From: Deltaproteobacteria bacterium
GTDB lineage: Bacteria; Myxococcota_A; Polyangia; Fen-1088
Direction: 5' to 3'
Length of the DNA: 64,000 bases
Assembly (NCBI GenBank): GCA_033763315.1
Contig: JANRKS010000020.1
Span: 54,489-118,488 of the forward strand
The notes under the pieces: generated by a model
The model's database searches: none
The model's input: the letters and a program-made list of their open reading frames with translations, nothing else
What the model was told of the DNA's origin: nothing
Program-made: the position numbers and the translations under genes
Shown here: in pieces, positions 10,494 to 19,066 of the stretch
Layout of the letters: each line of letters starts with the position of its first letter
How positions within the stretch are numbered: position 1 is the stretch's first letter

Positions 10494-10925
10494 TTAAAGA
10501 GGGTTTCTTACGTCCAGAAATGCGAAGCGTCGAAAATCAGCATCGTTGGTGTAAAGCACCCTGACCTTGTGCTGAAGTAAAATGACGGCGATGTGTGCGT
10601 CGGGCACAAGATTGCCTCTAACGGGCGCCTCCCCGGCGATTTTTTTGAACCGCATGAGCACGTCGGATTGCTCTGATAACAACCGCACGTGAGGCAACGA
10701 GAACAACGCCTCTAGATTCCCCATCGCCACTTCGGGTGCCAAGGGATTCCTGAGAATGCGCGGGTGTGTGACGATTCGCAGATACGCCATCGCCGCTGGG
10801 CACGGCACATAGACCATCTCGTTCCCCCTGGCGCATTCGGTGAGGAACGCTTTCGCTCTGACGGCCTCCTGGCTACCTTCGTTCGAGGCGTAAATCAGAA
10901 TGTTCGCGTCAATAGCGAAGCTCAT
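10494..10925 (-). CDS. vapC: VapC-family PIN-domain toxin
   Basis: IDANILIYA, GNLVPDAHIA, YTNDADF.RF; ATGA overlap with the upstream antitoxin. Confidence 0.9.
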   Translation of the reverse strand: MSFAIDANILIYASNEGSQEAVRAKAFLTECARGNEMVYVPCPAAMAYLRIVTHPRILRNPLAPEVAMGNLEALFSLPHVRLLSEQSDVLMRFKKIAGEAPVRGNLVPDAHIAVILLQHKVRVLYTNDADFRRFAFLDVRNPL

Positions 10926-11170
10926 CTCGGTAATGTGTCCTTATCCAACGCGTTGGCCAAAGCGTCCTTGTCCTTGAGGTTGACCATGGGCTCAAGGGGT
11001 TGCGACACCCACTTGAAGGCAGGCGGCGCCTTCTTTGCCTTCTTGCGGGCGGCGAGGCCCAGGGCTAGAGCTTCTGAAACCACGTCGCTCAGACTCGCAT
11101 TTTCTTCCTTACCGATTGCTTTTAGCTCCTCCAAGAGCGGGTCCTCGATATTCACTGTCGTGCGTGCCAT
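10922..11170 (-). CDS. vapB: VapB-family RHH antitoxin
   Basis: MARTTVNIEDPLLEELK...SLSDVVSEAL (RHH); immediately upstream of the PIN gene. Confidence 0.85.
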   Translation of the reverse strand: MARTTVNIEDPLLEELKAIGKEENASLSDVVSEALALGLAARKKAKKAPPAFKWVSQPLEPMVNLKDKDALANALDKDTLPR

Positions 11171-11223
11171 GCATCTGATGGTACCATTAGATGCATCTGA
11201 TGCGTTGACTTTTATCATCTGAT
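11169..11223. promoter_or_regulatory. Putative VapB operator: 28-bp palindrome plus three CATCTGAT repeats at 22-bp spacing
   Basis: ATGCATCTGATGGTACCATTAGATGCAT (one mismatched pair) at 11169-11196; CATCTGAT at 11172, 11194 and 11216. Confidence 0.65.
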
Positions 11224-11282
11224 TCCCCCTGCGACGGCAATCATCTGGGTTGCGTTACCGACGCTTGCAACAAGCTGAATCG

Positions 11283-11919
11283 TCATTCATCGGTGGTCGC
11301 CCCCGAAGCGGCGTCCCAAAGCTCGAAAAACTTCGGCCGAACGTACGCATGGAGTTCCTCGCCGAGGGTGCGTGGTAGGTGGGCAGCCCGAATCACTTCG
11401 AGCACGTCCGCCAAATCCTTTAACCGATGCGGCGCCGTCATCCCGGACGCAAGCTTTAACTCGAGGAACCGTGGCACGGGCAGCAGACGGACGGCATGAC
11501 CTTGCTCTGCGATGGCGGGATCGGGGAACGCCACTGGCTTAACCTTTCCATCACCCGGGTAGTCTCCCACTCAAAACCAGGTCAATCTCGACATTGTTCT
11601 CGGTGTCTCTAAAGCCGCGGCTGCCGGGAAATTTTTCTAAGTAACCCAGGCCCAAGCAGCCGGCCTTGAACTTCGCCAACCCGGCGGGCGTTAAAAGAAC
11701 GTTCACGTCGCTGGTCATGCGGCGGTACCCAAGTTCGTTCAACGCCATCGCGCCCACGACCGCATACGGTATCTCGTGCTCCTCCAGCAGGTGCGCAAGC
11801 TTCTCCATGGCCTTGCGAACGTCTGATCCACCCATAAAAAACCGGCTGGCAGCGTCAACCCCCGCCCAGAAAGCGGCTTCGGCGGTTGGGTTCAGGGGTG
11901 GCATGGGTGGGCACCTCAA
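11283..11919 (-). pseudogene. Frameshifted nucleotidyltransferase-fold protein
   Basis: Two overlapping ORFs join as ...IDLVLS-GDYPGDGK... if one G is removed at about 11566-11568. Motifs YAVVGAMAL..G..R.T.DVN and LELKLAS...R.KDLADV. Confidence 0.75.
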
Positions 11920-11962
11920 GAAAGTTTACCACTGCCGGCGTTTGCGGGGCTATGAAGCGTTT

Positions 11963-12652
11963 ATGAGCGAAACGAACGTTGTGAATGCGCTGGATTGGCT
12001 GGACGAGGAGGGTTGGATCCCGGCGGATCCGGCACTGCGTGGGCGGGCCATCCGCATGGCACAAGCGATTGAATACGCCAGCACGCTTGAACCGGATGAA
12101 TACCGGGGCACGATGATTCCCTGCCAGCGGCAAACAGATGGGCAGCCGTGTCTCGGCTTTCTGATCGTCACGATGATGGACAATTACGATTTCGTCGCCC
12201 ATTGCGATGAGTGCAACGAAGAAGAATTCGTCATCACGAACTGGCAGGGCACGGCTTGGGACGAAGGGGGCGACGATGAAGACGACGATGATGGCCCGTC
12301 GGTTTTTGCAACGGAAGAGGTACAGGCGCGCTTTGAAGCGGCCTTGGAGGCGATCGCCTGCCCGTTGTCGGCCAACCGCTTGCTGGGGATCATGAGCTCC
12401 GCAGAATCACCCGCGGTTGTGATGGAAAAGATCATGAACGTGACGCCAGATCCGCCCAGCCAAAAGGCTGTAGACAAGTTTATCGCCGTCCTTATGGACA
12501 CCTGGAACAACGTGCGGCGCCCCGAGCTTGGGGGCAAGACGCCTGCCGAGATGCGTTCCTCCGGCCCCATTGTGAAGGCCGCTTCACCGGGTAGAAACGC
12601 TCCCTGTCCCTGTGGCAGTGGGAAAAAATATAAACGGTGTTGTGCGAATTAA
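11963..12652 (+). CDS. SEC-C motif protein with N-terminal Cys cluster
   Basis: C-terminal GRNAPCPCGSGKKYKRCC; WNN..R..LGGKTP.E; start at MSETNVV. Confidence 0.8.
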   Translation: MSETNVVNALDWLDEEGWIPADPALRGRAIRMAQAIEYASTLEPDEYRGTMIPCQRQTDGQPCLGFLIVTMMDNYDFVAHCDECNEEEFVITNWQGTAWDEGGDDEDDDDGPSVFATEEVQARFEAALEAIACPLSANRLLGIMSSAESPAVVMEKIMNVTPDPPSQKAVDKFIAVLMDTWNNVRRPELGGKTPAEMRSSGPIVKAASPGRNAPCPCGSGKKYKRCCAN

Positions 12653-12867
12653 TTGTGCCATTGCCTACACAGGCGCACCTGTGAAACGCGTGTTTGCGAC
12701 AGCGACCGGCGGCGAAAGTTACATTTGCGCCGATGGCTTCAGGTTTGCTGTGGGGCAATCGATGGTTGGTGCTGGATTTTATGCGTCAACGCAAAGTATT
12801 ATTTTGCGGCCAGCGAACTAGCCCTGATACTCGCAGCAAAGCAATGAGAGTCCCGGTGGGAGGAATT

Positions 12868-15800
12868 ATGCGAAAAGTAGCCCTAGCAGCAGCGTTTTTG
12901 TCCGCGACAGTTGTCGCAGGATGTGGTGATGACCTTCCGTCGAACATCGACGCCAACGTCGTCGTAGCCGATGGCGGCGGCGGCAACACGGGCGAAGGTG
13001 GGGTCCTCCCGGACGCAGGTTGCCCCAGCGCTACGTTTATCTCGCCGGTACCGGCTGCGAAGCTCACCGCGGCGGATGACGTGGACGATCAGTGCAAAGC
13101 CAATGGCTTTCAGATTGACGTGAAGCTGGCCGTTGGCGCTCCCGATGGCACCCCGGTTACCTTGCTGGCGAACAACACACCGGTGGGGACTCCCGGTGTG
13201 GTTACAGGGGGCACGGTGACTTTTGCGGGTGTTTCGCTGGCGACGAGCGGTGCATCGGCACTGGTCGCGCAGATTGGCAACGCGACGGGCTGTACGGCAA
13301 GCAACACGGTAGACATCAATTGTTCTGCGGTCACCTGTAACATCACGAAGCCGGTAATCAGCGAGGCTCACCCCAAGCTGAACGACGTACCGGTGGCAGA
13401 AGGCGGAGACCGCGTGAGCTCGCCCGGGTCTGACTACCAGGCCGCGTTTGAAGTGACGACGAACGCAGGCGACAACAGTGTTGTGCAGCTGCAGGTTCGC
13501 CGCGCCGATGCGCCTGACGCTGTCGTTAACGTGAACGCCACCGTTTTGGGCGGAAAAGCGAATTTCCCCGGCGTGGCTTTGCGGCCGGATGGTGCTTTTC
13601 AAATTCAAGCAGTGTGTAGGTCCGGAGCCGTTGAGGGACGCTCGCAGTTAGGCACCTTCACAGTGGATACGGCGAAGCCTGATTTGACGGTGACGTCACC
13701 GATCGCGAATCAGTTCTACGGTCCTAGCACGGGACCTGGCGACCTTGATGGCAAGGTTGTCAATGGCAAATTCAAGGTTTGCGCCAGCACCATGGCGGCT
13801 GACGCAACCAATGTGGGGATGGCCATAAACGGCGGCAAGAACTTGGGAGCAGCGATAGGGACATCAGCGATGACCTACGTCCCTGTTGCCGTTGGCGGTT
13901 CTGCTGGCAGCGGATGCGTCGAATTGGATTGCCTCGGCGGTGCGCCGTTCTCAGTCAACGTGTCTCTACGAGACGATGCTGGCAACGTTGCGACTAAGTC
14001 GATTGCGGGCGTCACCTGTGCCTCTGCGCTTCCAGGCGTGCAGATTGTTCAGCCAGTATCAGACTCAGCACCATACACTGATCCTTCCAAGCATCTCCTT
14101 GCTGCGAACGCAACGCAGGCGTTCAAGGACAACGATCCGGCGATTGGCGGCGCGCAAACCCTTGTGGTCGCTTGTACGGACAAGAAGCTTGCGAAGGCTA
14201 AACTCTTCGTCGGGGTGGAAGGCGGCGCGCTTGACCAGGTGGGGTCGGAAGTAGATGTTGTCGATGCCGTGACGGGCGATGGCTGTCCTGCGGGTCTCGG
14301 GTTCGTCGCAAAATGGCCGAAAGCTACTCTGCGCGACAGCACAATGAACACCGCAGGGGGGCTCATCTCGCCGACTCAGCTTCGTGTCGAAGTAACGGAG
14401 GTTTCTTCGGCCAAGGGTCAAAGTCCCATCGTGAGCCTGTGGGTTGATTCTACTGCTCCTACAGCAGATCCCCGAACACCCGCATGCGGAACACTGATCG
14501 AATCCACTGTGGACCAGACACGCGAGCTCACCCTGATAACGTCATCCGCCTTGATCAAGCTGGTGGTGACGTCGAACGGCGCTCCGGCTGAATACGACCC
14601 GACAAGTATCCTTGGTAGCGTCGCGACTTTCTCAAACGTGCTCTTAAAGGTAGGCGAGAACGTACTAACGGCGGTTGTGCGGGATCCAGCCGGCAACCAG
14701 TCAGGCTTGAGCGGGGCTGCCTGCGCCATCAAGGTGGGCACGCCCCCCATCGTGAATTTCGTTTCGCCGGCGACAAATGCAAAACTCTGTGCTGTAGGTG
14801 GTTCAGGCTGCGTCGCAGATGCAGACGGCGCTACGGATGGTTGGCAGGGCACCGTCACTGTTTCGGTTACTGTTGCCGGAACTCCAGCTACGACAGGCAC
14901 CGTGACTCTATCTAAGACAGGAGGAGATGCTATTGGGACTTCCAACGTGGTCAATGGCGTGGCCACCTTTTCAAGCGTCACGATTCCTGAAGGCACCGTG
15001 GCTATTTTAGCTGCCACCAGCGAATACCCATCGGCCGGAGTTGGTACAACAGCCTCCGCATTCACAGTCGATTCAAAAGTTCCCTCGGCGGTCGCCTCTT
15101 TGAGTGCGGAGATACTTACAAGGCGAGAGTCGTCGTTTAAGCTTCGCTGGACGGCCCCTGACGACAATGGCCAACCCGCCGCGGCCTACGATATTCGAGT
15201 CTCCGAGGCCCCCTTGACCGAAGGAAATTTTTCTGCGGCTGAGGCGCTGACGTTTGCCGGTGTTCCGGCCGCTTCGGGCCAAGCAGAAGCCCTGGATGTT
15301 CGAGGCCGGAAAATCGAAGCTGACTACTACTTCGGTGTCGTACCAGTCGACGCGGCCGGCAACCGTGGCCCCCTAGTGAAGCTCGATTTACCCACCCGCG
15401 CCTCCTTCAATAGGACCATCCTCAGCCCGCCGAGCATCGACCCCGACCAAACCAAAGAAGACGAGGCCGGCTATTCTGTCTCAGGGTACGGAGATCTAAA
15501 CGGAGACGGCCGTGGCGACGTCATCGTGGGGACTCGACTAGGCAAGCGGGTGTTGGTCTATTTCGGCACGGCAATGTTCTCTCCCGACGCTCCCTCGCTG
15601 ACTATCACCGGAACCAGCGCCGGCTTTGGGCGGCATGCCATGCTTGTAGGCGATGTTGTTCAAAACCCTGATGAGCCGTCTAGTAGCAGCAAACCGGACC
15701 TAGCTGTGGCGTCTTCGGCCAACAAGATGTTCATTTTCGCGGGTCGGACGACCTGGCCCGCGACATTATCGGAGGCTGACGCTGATTTCGTTATCGACGG

Positions 15801-16734
15801 CGCTGGTAGCTCTGGACTTTTCGGTTACGTCTTGGCTCCTCTCGGGGATTTCGACTCGGATGGCATAGACGATTTGGCAATAGGAAATCCAACCTATGCC
15901 AGCAAAGGCCGGGTAGTGATTCTCCGTGGCTCCAAGTCTATGCCCGACACGGTATCGGTACCGGATGCTGCGAGGACCATACTGATCGACGGTTCGGCTG
16001 CTAACGGCCTCTTTGGCCTCAACTTGCAGGGTCTAGGCAAATTCTATTCTGGCGCAGGGGCGAGCCTCGTCGTTGGCGCTGACAGGGCCAACAGTGACGC
16101 CGGCAAAGTCTACGTTTACAAGGGGCAGGCGGCGTTGTCTGGTTCGATTACTTCCTTCGATGCCAGTATTGACGGATCGCCGGGCAGTCGCTTGGGAGGG
16201 AATTTGGCAACGCTGGGACCAGTTAATGGCAGCACGAATGCCATCGGGCTGGCTTCGCTGTTCGCCGGAACCGGCGTCGTTCAATTGTACTTCGGCAACG
16301 AAACGGCAGGTCCCCTTGGTGGCACCTCAAAATCACTCACGAATGCGTCAGCGGTTGGTACGAACCAGTTCGGAATCGTCACCATCGGTGGGGCCTTCTC
16401 GGGTTCGGTGGCGGCATTTTCGCTGATAGGCAACGATGCTCCTGATATCGTTGTCGCTCCAACCCGCGAAGGCTCGGCTCCAGGCAAGCTCTATGTTTTG
16501 GATGGCTCGCAATTGGGTAGCTTGGCGGCGTCCTCCGACGTAACGACCGCGGGAATAGCGTCCGTGGTATTGCCTTTGCCCAACGGCGAGAATGGAACGC
16601 GACCGTGGTTGGGGAATTCCAGCTTCAGTCGCCTCGTAAGGGATGTGGATGGTGATGGATACGTTGACCTTGCCATAGGCGAAGGCTCGTTGCCGGCATC
16701 CGACCGGCGTGGGCGAGTTCTTGTCTTCTGGTAA
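12868..16734 (+). CDS. Large surface lipoprotein: Ig-like domains, FnIII and FG-GAP (integrin-alpha-like) beta-propeller
   Basis: GGAGGA RBS before ATG 12868; lipobox VAGC; LRWTAPDD..YDIR (FnIII); GDLNGDGRGDVIVG, GDFDSDGIDDLAIG, DVDGDGYVDLAIG. Confidence 0.85.
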   Translation: MRKVALAAAFLSATVVAGCGDDLPSNIDANVVVADGGGGNTGEGGVLPDAGCPSATFISPVPAAKLTAADDVDDQCKANGFQIDVKLAVGAPDGTPVTLLANNTPVGTPGVVTGGTVTFAGVSLATSGASALVAQIGNATGCTASNTVDINCSAVTCNITKPVISEAHPKLNDVPVAEGGDRVSSPGSDYQAAFEVTTNAGDNSVVQLQVRRADAPDAVVNVNATVLGGKANFPGVALRPDGAFQIQAVCRSGAVEGRSQLGTFTVDTAKPDLTVTSPIANQFYGPSTGPGDLDGKVVNGKFKVCASTMAADATNVGMAINGGKNLGAAIGTSAMTYVPVAVGGSAGSGCVELDCLGGAPFSVNVSLRDDAGNVATKSIAGVTCASALPGVQIVQPVSDSAPYTDPSKHLLAANATQAFKDNDPAIGGAQTLVVACTDKKLAKAKLFVGVEGGALDQVGSEVDVVDAVTGDGCPAGLGFVAKWPKATLRDSTMNTAGGLISPTQLRVEVTEVSSAKGQSPIVSLWVDSTAPTADPRTPACGTLIESTVDQTRELTLITSSALIKLVVTSNGAPAEYDPTSILGSVATFSNVLLKVGENVLTAVVRDPAGNQSGLSGAACAIKVGTPPIVNFVSPATNAKLCAVGGSGCVADADGATDGWQGTVTVSVTVAGTPATTGTVTLSKTGGDAIGTSNVVNGVATFSSVTIPEGTVAILAATSEYPSAGVGTTASAFTVDSKVPSAVASLSAEILTRRESSFKLRWTAPDDNGQPAAAYDIRVSEAPLTEGNFSAAEALTFAGVPAASGQAEALDVRGRKIEADYYFGVVPVDAAGNRGPLVKLDLPTRASFNRTILSPPSIDPDQTKEDEAGYSVSGYGDLNGDGRGDVIVGTRLGKRVLVYFGTAMFSPDAPSLTITGTSAGFGRHAMLVGDVVQNPDEPSSSSKPDLAVASSANKMFIFAGRTTWPATLSEADADFVIDGAGSSGLFGYVLAPLGDFDSDGIDDLAIGNPTYASKGRVVILRGSKSMPDTVSVPDAARTILIDGSAANGLFGLNLQGLGKFYSGAGASLVVGADRANSDAGKVYVYKGQAALSGSITSFDASIDGSPGSRLGGNLATLGPVNGSTNAIGLASLFAGTGVVQLYFGNETAGPLGGTSKSLTNASAVGTNQFGIVTIGGAFSGSVAAFSLIGNDAPDIVVAPTREGSAPGKLYVLDGSQLGSLAASSDVTTAGIASVVLPLPNGENGTRPWLGNSSFSRLVRDVDGDGYVDLAIGEGSLPASDRRGRVLVFW

Positions 16735-18511
16735 ACCAACGTTCTCCCACTTTTGTGCGGTCTTTACGGATGAGGACGGCGCAATGTGGGCCAGTCTCCC
16801 GGCGACGGCGATACGCGTTCGTTGGGAAGACTGGCCGGCAAATACCGCCACACATGCCCTTTATTCGGACGGTGATAGAATTTGCCTCGCAACTGGACGT
16901 GTAGATAACCTCAGCGACTTAGGGAAAACAGCAGGCATCAATGTCCCCTTTGGGACAAATCTTCCCTTCTGTATAGCGGCGCTGTACCGAAAATTGGGCA
17001 GCAGGCTGTTTGACAAGATCGAAGGCGACTTATCGGTTGTAATTGGAGATCGTCCAAGCCGAAGTGTGCTTGCGTATCGAGACGCATTCGGCGTAGGACA
17101 ACTATTTTCTTGGGAATCAGGGCGAACCCAGATTCTGTCTTCGTCCTGCGACCTTTTGCTTTCGCTATTGCCGCGGAGGCCAGCGATCGATGAAGTGACG
17201 GTGTGCGAATACCTTTCGGGACGCCCTCGCTTCCTAGATCGCACTTACTTCAAGACGATACGTTCGATCAGGCCCGGTCATGTCGACGTGACATCCGGGG
17301 GCCGTCGGCAGACCAGTTGCTCAACCCGCTTGACGCCCAAAGGCGACGCCGAGGAGAGCGACGTGATTTTCGCTCTACGGAAGTCCGTGTGGCATCGCCT
17401 TTTCGACACGCGGAGCGCAGTTGTTCATTTGAGCGGGGGTCTTGACTCATCAGCGATATCCGCTCTGGCGGATGCTTTGAAGAATGATGGTGAACTCCCT
17501 TCGACTGATCTCCACCTCCTTTCTTCTCTTTTCCCTGGGACGGCCTCGGATGAGAGCCGGGGGATACGGAGGACCTTGACGCAGCTCCGCTTGCCCTGGA
17601 AATCACGTGACGCGACATCCTTCCCATTCTTCTGCCCTTCAACGATTGCTCTCGATCGCCCATCGTTTCGCCCGTGGTTACTAAACCCCGATCCTACCGA
17701 GTTCGCCCTAGCCCGCGAAGTCCACGCAGAAGCGAGCTTAACTGGCTTCGGTGGTGACGAACTCTTCTATTCAGTCGGGGCGATAGCCGAGGCCTTGAAG
17801 GCTGGCCACCTAGCAACGTTCGCCAAACAGTTGTTTAGGTTTACTCGGTGGCACCATAGAGGTGCCGTTCTGGCGACTATCAGGGACGCATTACAGGCTG
17901 AGAAGCTTGGTAAATGGCCGTGCGCACCCGTAACACCTCCACCCGAGTGGTTGGCCCCAAATGCAAGACCTTACTGGGAAGAAATGAACCGGTCACCCGT
18001 CGACTATGCGATCGAACCATCCGAAGCGACCGAGAACGTGACACTCAGTAGGATTTTCGGGCCATCTATGCTGCGATCAGCGCATTCGAGGACTTGGATT
18101 GGAGCTGAAAATGGCGTTGCGATGAGATTTCCGTACCTTGAGAAGGACGTTGTCGAGACGGTCCTGGGATTGTCCCGACGCCCACCGAATGGCGATGCGC
18201 GCCATCTTCAAAGGAACATGCTCAAAACCCTCCTTCCTTTTGTCGGGGTCCAGAGGCGGAAGAAGACATCCGTAGGCCCGGTGATGTGGTCTAACCTTCG
18301 AAAAATACGAACCGAAATCGCCGACTATTGGCGTTCCGATTGGCTGGTGGGGAGTTATGTCGAGCGCAGCTTCGTGGGGGCTGCGGACAAGGCACTGTCG
18401 AAAGTATTAGATCCTGGCCCACATACGCCTGTCTGGAGTCTGCCAATCCTTAGGGTGCTTACGCTAGAAGCTTGGCTGCGAAGGATTTCTGGCTATAATA
18501 GACTGTCTTAA
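16709..18511 (+). CDS. Asparagine-synthetase-like lasso peptide cyclase (C protein)
   Basis: AYRDAFG, HLSGGLDSS (ATP pyrophosphatase loop), LTGFGGDELF, RFPYLE; adjacent to precursor, B2 and RRE genes; start uncertain. Confidence 0.85.
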   Translation: MGEFLSSGKPTFSHFCAVFTDEDGAMWASLPATAIRVRWEDWPANTATHALYSDGDRICLATGRVDNLSDLGKTAGINVPFGTNLPFCIAALYRKLGSRLFDKIEGDLSVVIGDRPSRSVLAYRDAFGVGQLFSWESGRTQILSSSCDLLLSLLPRRPAIDEVTVCEYLSGRPRFLDRTYFKTIRSIRPGHVDVTSGGRRQTSCSTRLTPKGDAEESDVIFALRKSVWHRLFDTRSAVVHLSGGLDSSAISALADALKNDGELPSTDLHLLSSLFPGTASDESRGIRRTLTQLRLPWKSRDATSFPFFCPSTIALDRPSFRPWLLNPDPTEFALAREVHAEASLTGFGGDELFYSVGAIAEALKAGHLATFAKQLFRFTRWHHRGAVLATIRDALQAEKLGKWPCAPVTPPPEWLAPNARPYWEEMNRSPVDYAIEPSEATENVTLSRIFGPSMLRSAHSRTWIGAENGVAMRFPYLEKDVVETVLGLSRRPPNGDARHLQRNMLKTLLPFVGVQRRKKTSVGPVMWSNLRKIRTEIADYWRSDWLVGSYVERSFVGAADKALSKVLDPGPHTPVWSLPILRVLTLEAWLRRISGYNRLS

Positions 18512-18529
18512 CTGATAGCGGAACCGCAT

Positions 18530-18697
18530 ATGACCAAGCAAAGCTCGAAGGCCAAGTCCGTCACTGAACTGAAAGAGAAATCCTACAGGGCTCCCGAGGT
18601 GAGGGCTGTGGGAAACCTAAAGGACTTAGTGTCAGGTGGACTGGGAACTGTCCAGGACGGAGGAGAGCTTCCAGGTGAGGATCGACAGGCTCAATAG
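18530..18697 (+). CDS. Lasso peptide precursor (55 aa; not in ORF track)
   Basis: MTKQSSKAKSVTELKEKSYRAPEVRAVGNLKDLVS|GGLGTVQDGGELPGEDRQAQ*; YxxPxVxxxG leader; Gly1 and Asp8 in the core. Confidence 0.88.
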   Translation: MTKQSSKAKSVTELKEKSYRAPEVRAVGNLKDLVSGGLGTVQDGGELPGEDRQAQ

Positions 18698-18709
18698 CAA
18701 AGGTGACTG

Positions 18710-19066
18710 TTGCTCAGAGCGGGCATCCTAGTGTGTCTGGTGGCGCCCTTGGTTGAAGCCTTGCGAAGGTCTTCTGATGCCGCCACTGCGCTTGGGATTT
18801 GTAGAGCCGTAGGACGTTATCAACCGACGAAGGAAGGAAGATTCAAGGACAGCCTCGCCCGATGTGTGTCGGGAGTGGATCTTCGGATGCCTGGAGGACC
18901 AAACTGTTTTCGGAGAGTACTTCTGCTCTCCGCATGTGATAGGTCTGCTGCGCTGACGTCGGTTAAATTCGGAATTGTGGCGGGTGGCGGGGCTAAGTCC
19001 GGTCACGCCTGGCTGGCATCTGAAAGTGTGGATGTAAGCCTCTACGACGCGGTCTTCGACCTATAG
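18710..19066 (+). CDS. Lasso leader peptidase (B2, Transglut_core3-like)
   Basis: PNCFRRVL (Cys), GHAWL (His), VKFGI; 118 aa; AAGGTG RBS before TTG. Confidence 0.82.
   Translation: MLRAGILVCLVAPLVEALRRSSDAATALGICRAVGRYQPTKEGRFKDSLARCVSGVDLRMPGGPNCFRRVLLLSACDRSAALTSVKFGIVAGGGAKSGHAWLASESVDVSLYDAVFDL

Noticed and set aside
16709-18511. Housekeeping asparagine synthetase AsnB
   Set aside because: No N-terminal MCGI glutaminase nucleophile, and the gene context (precursor, B2, RRE) indicates a lasso cyclase
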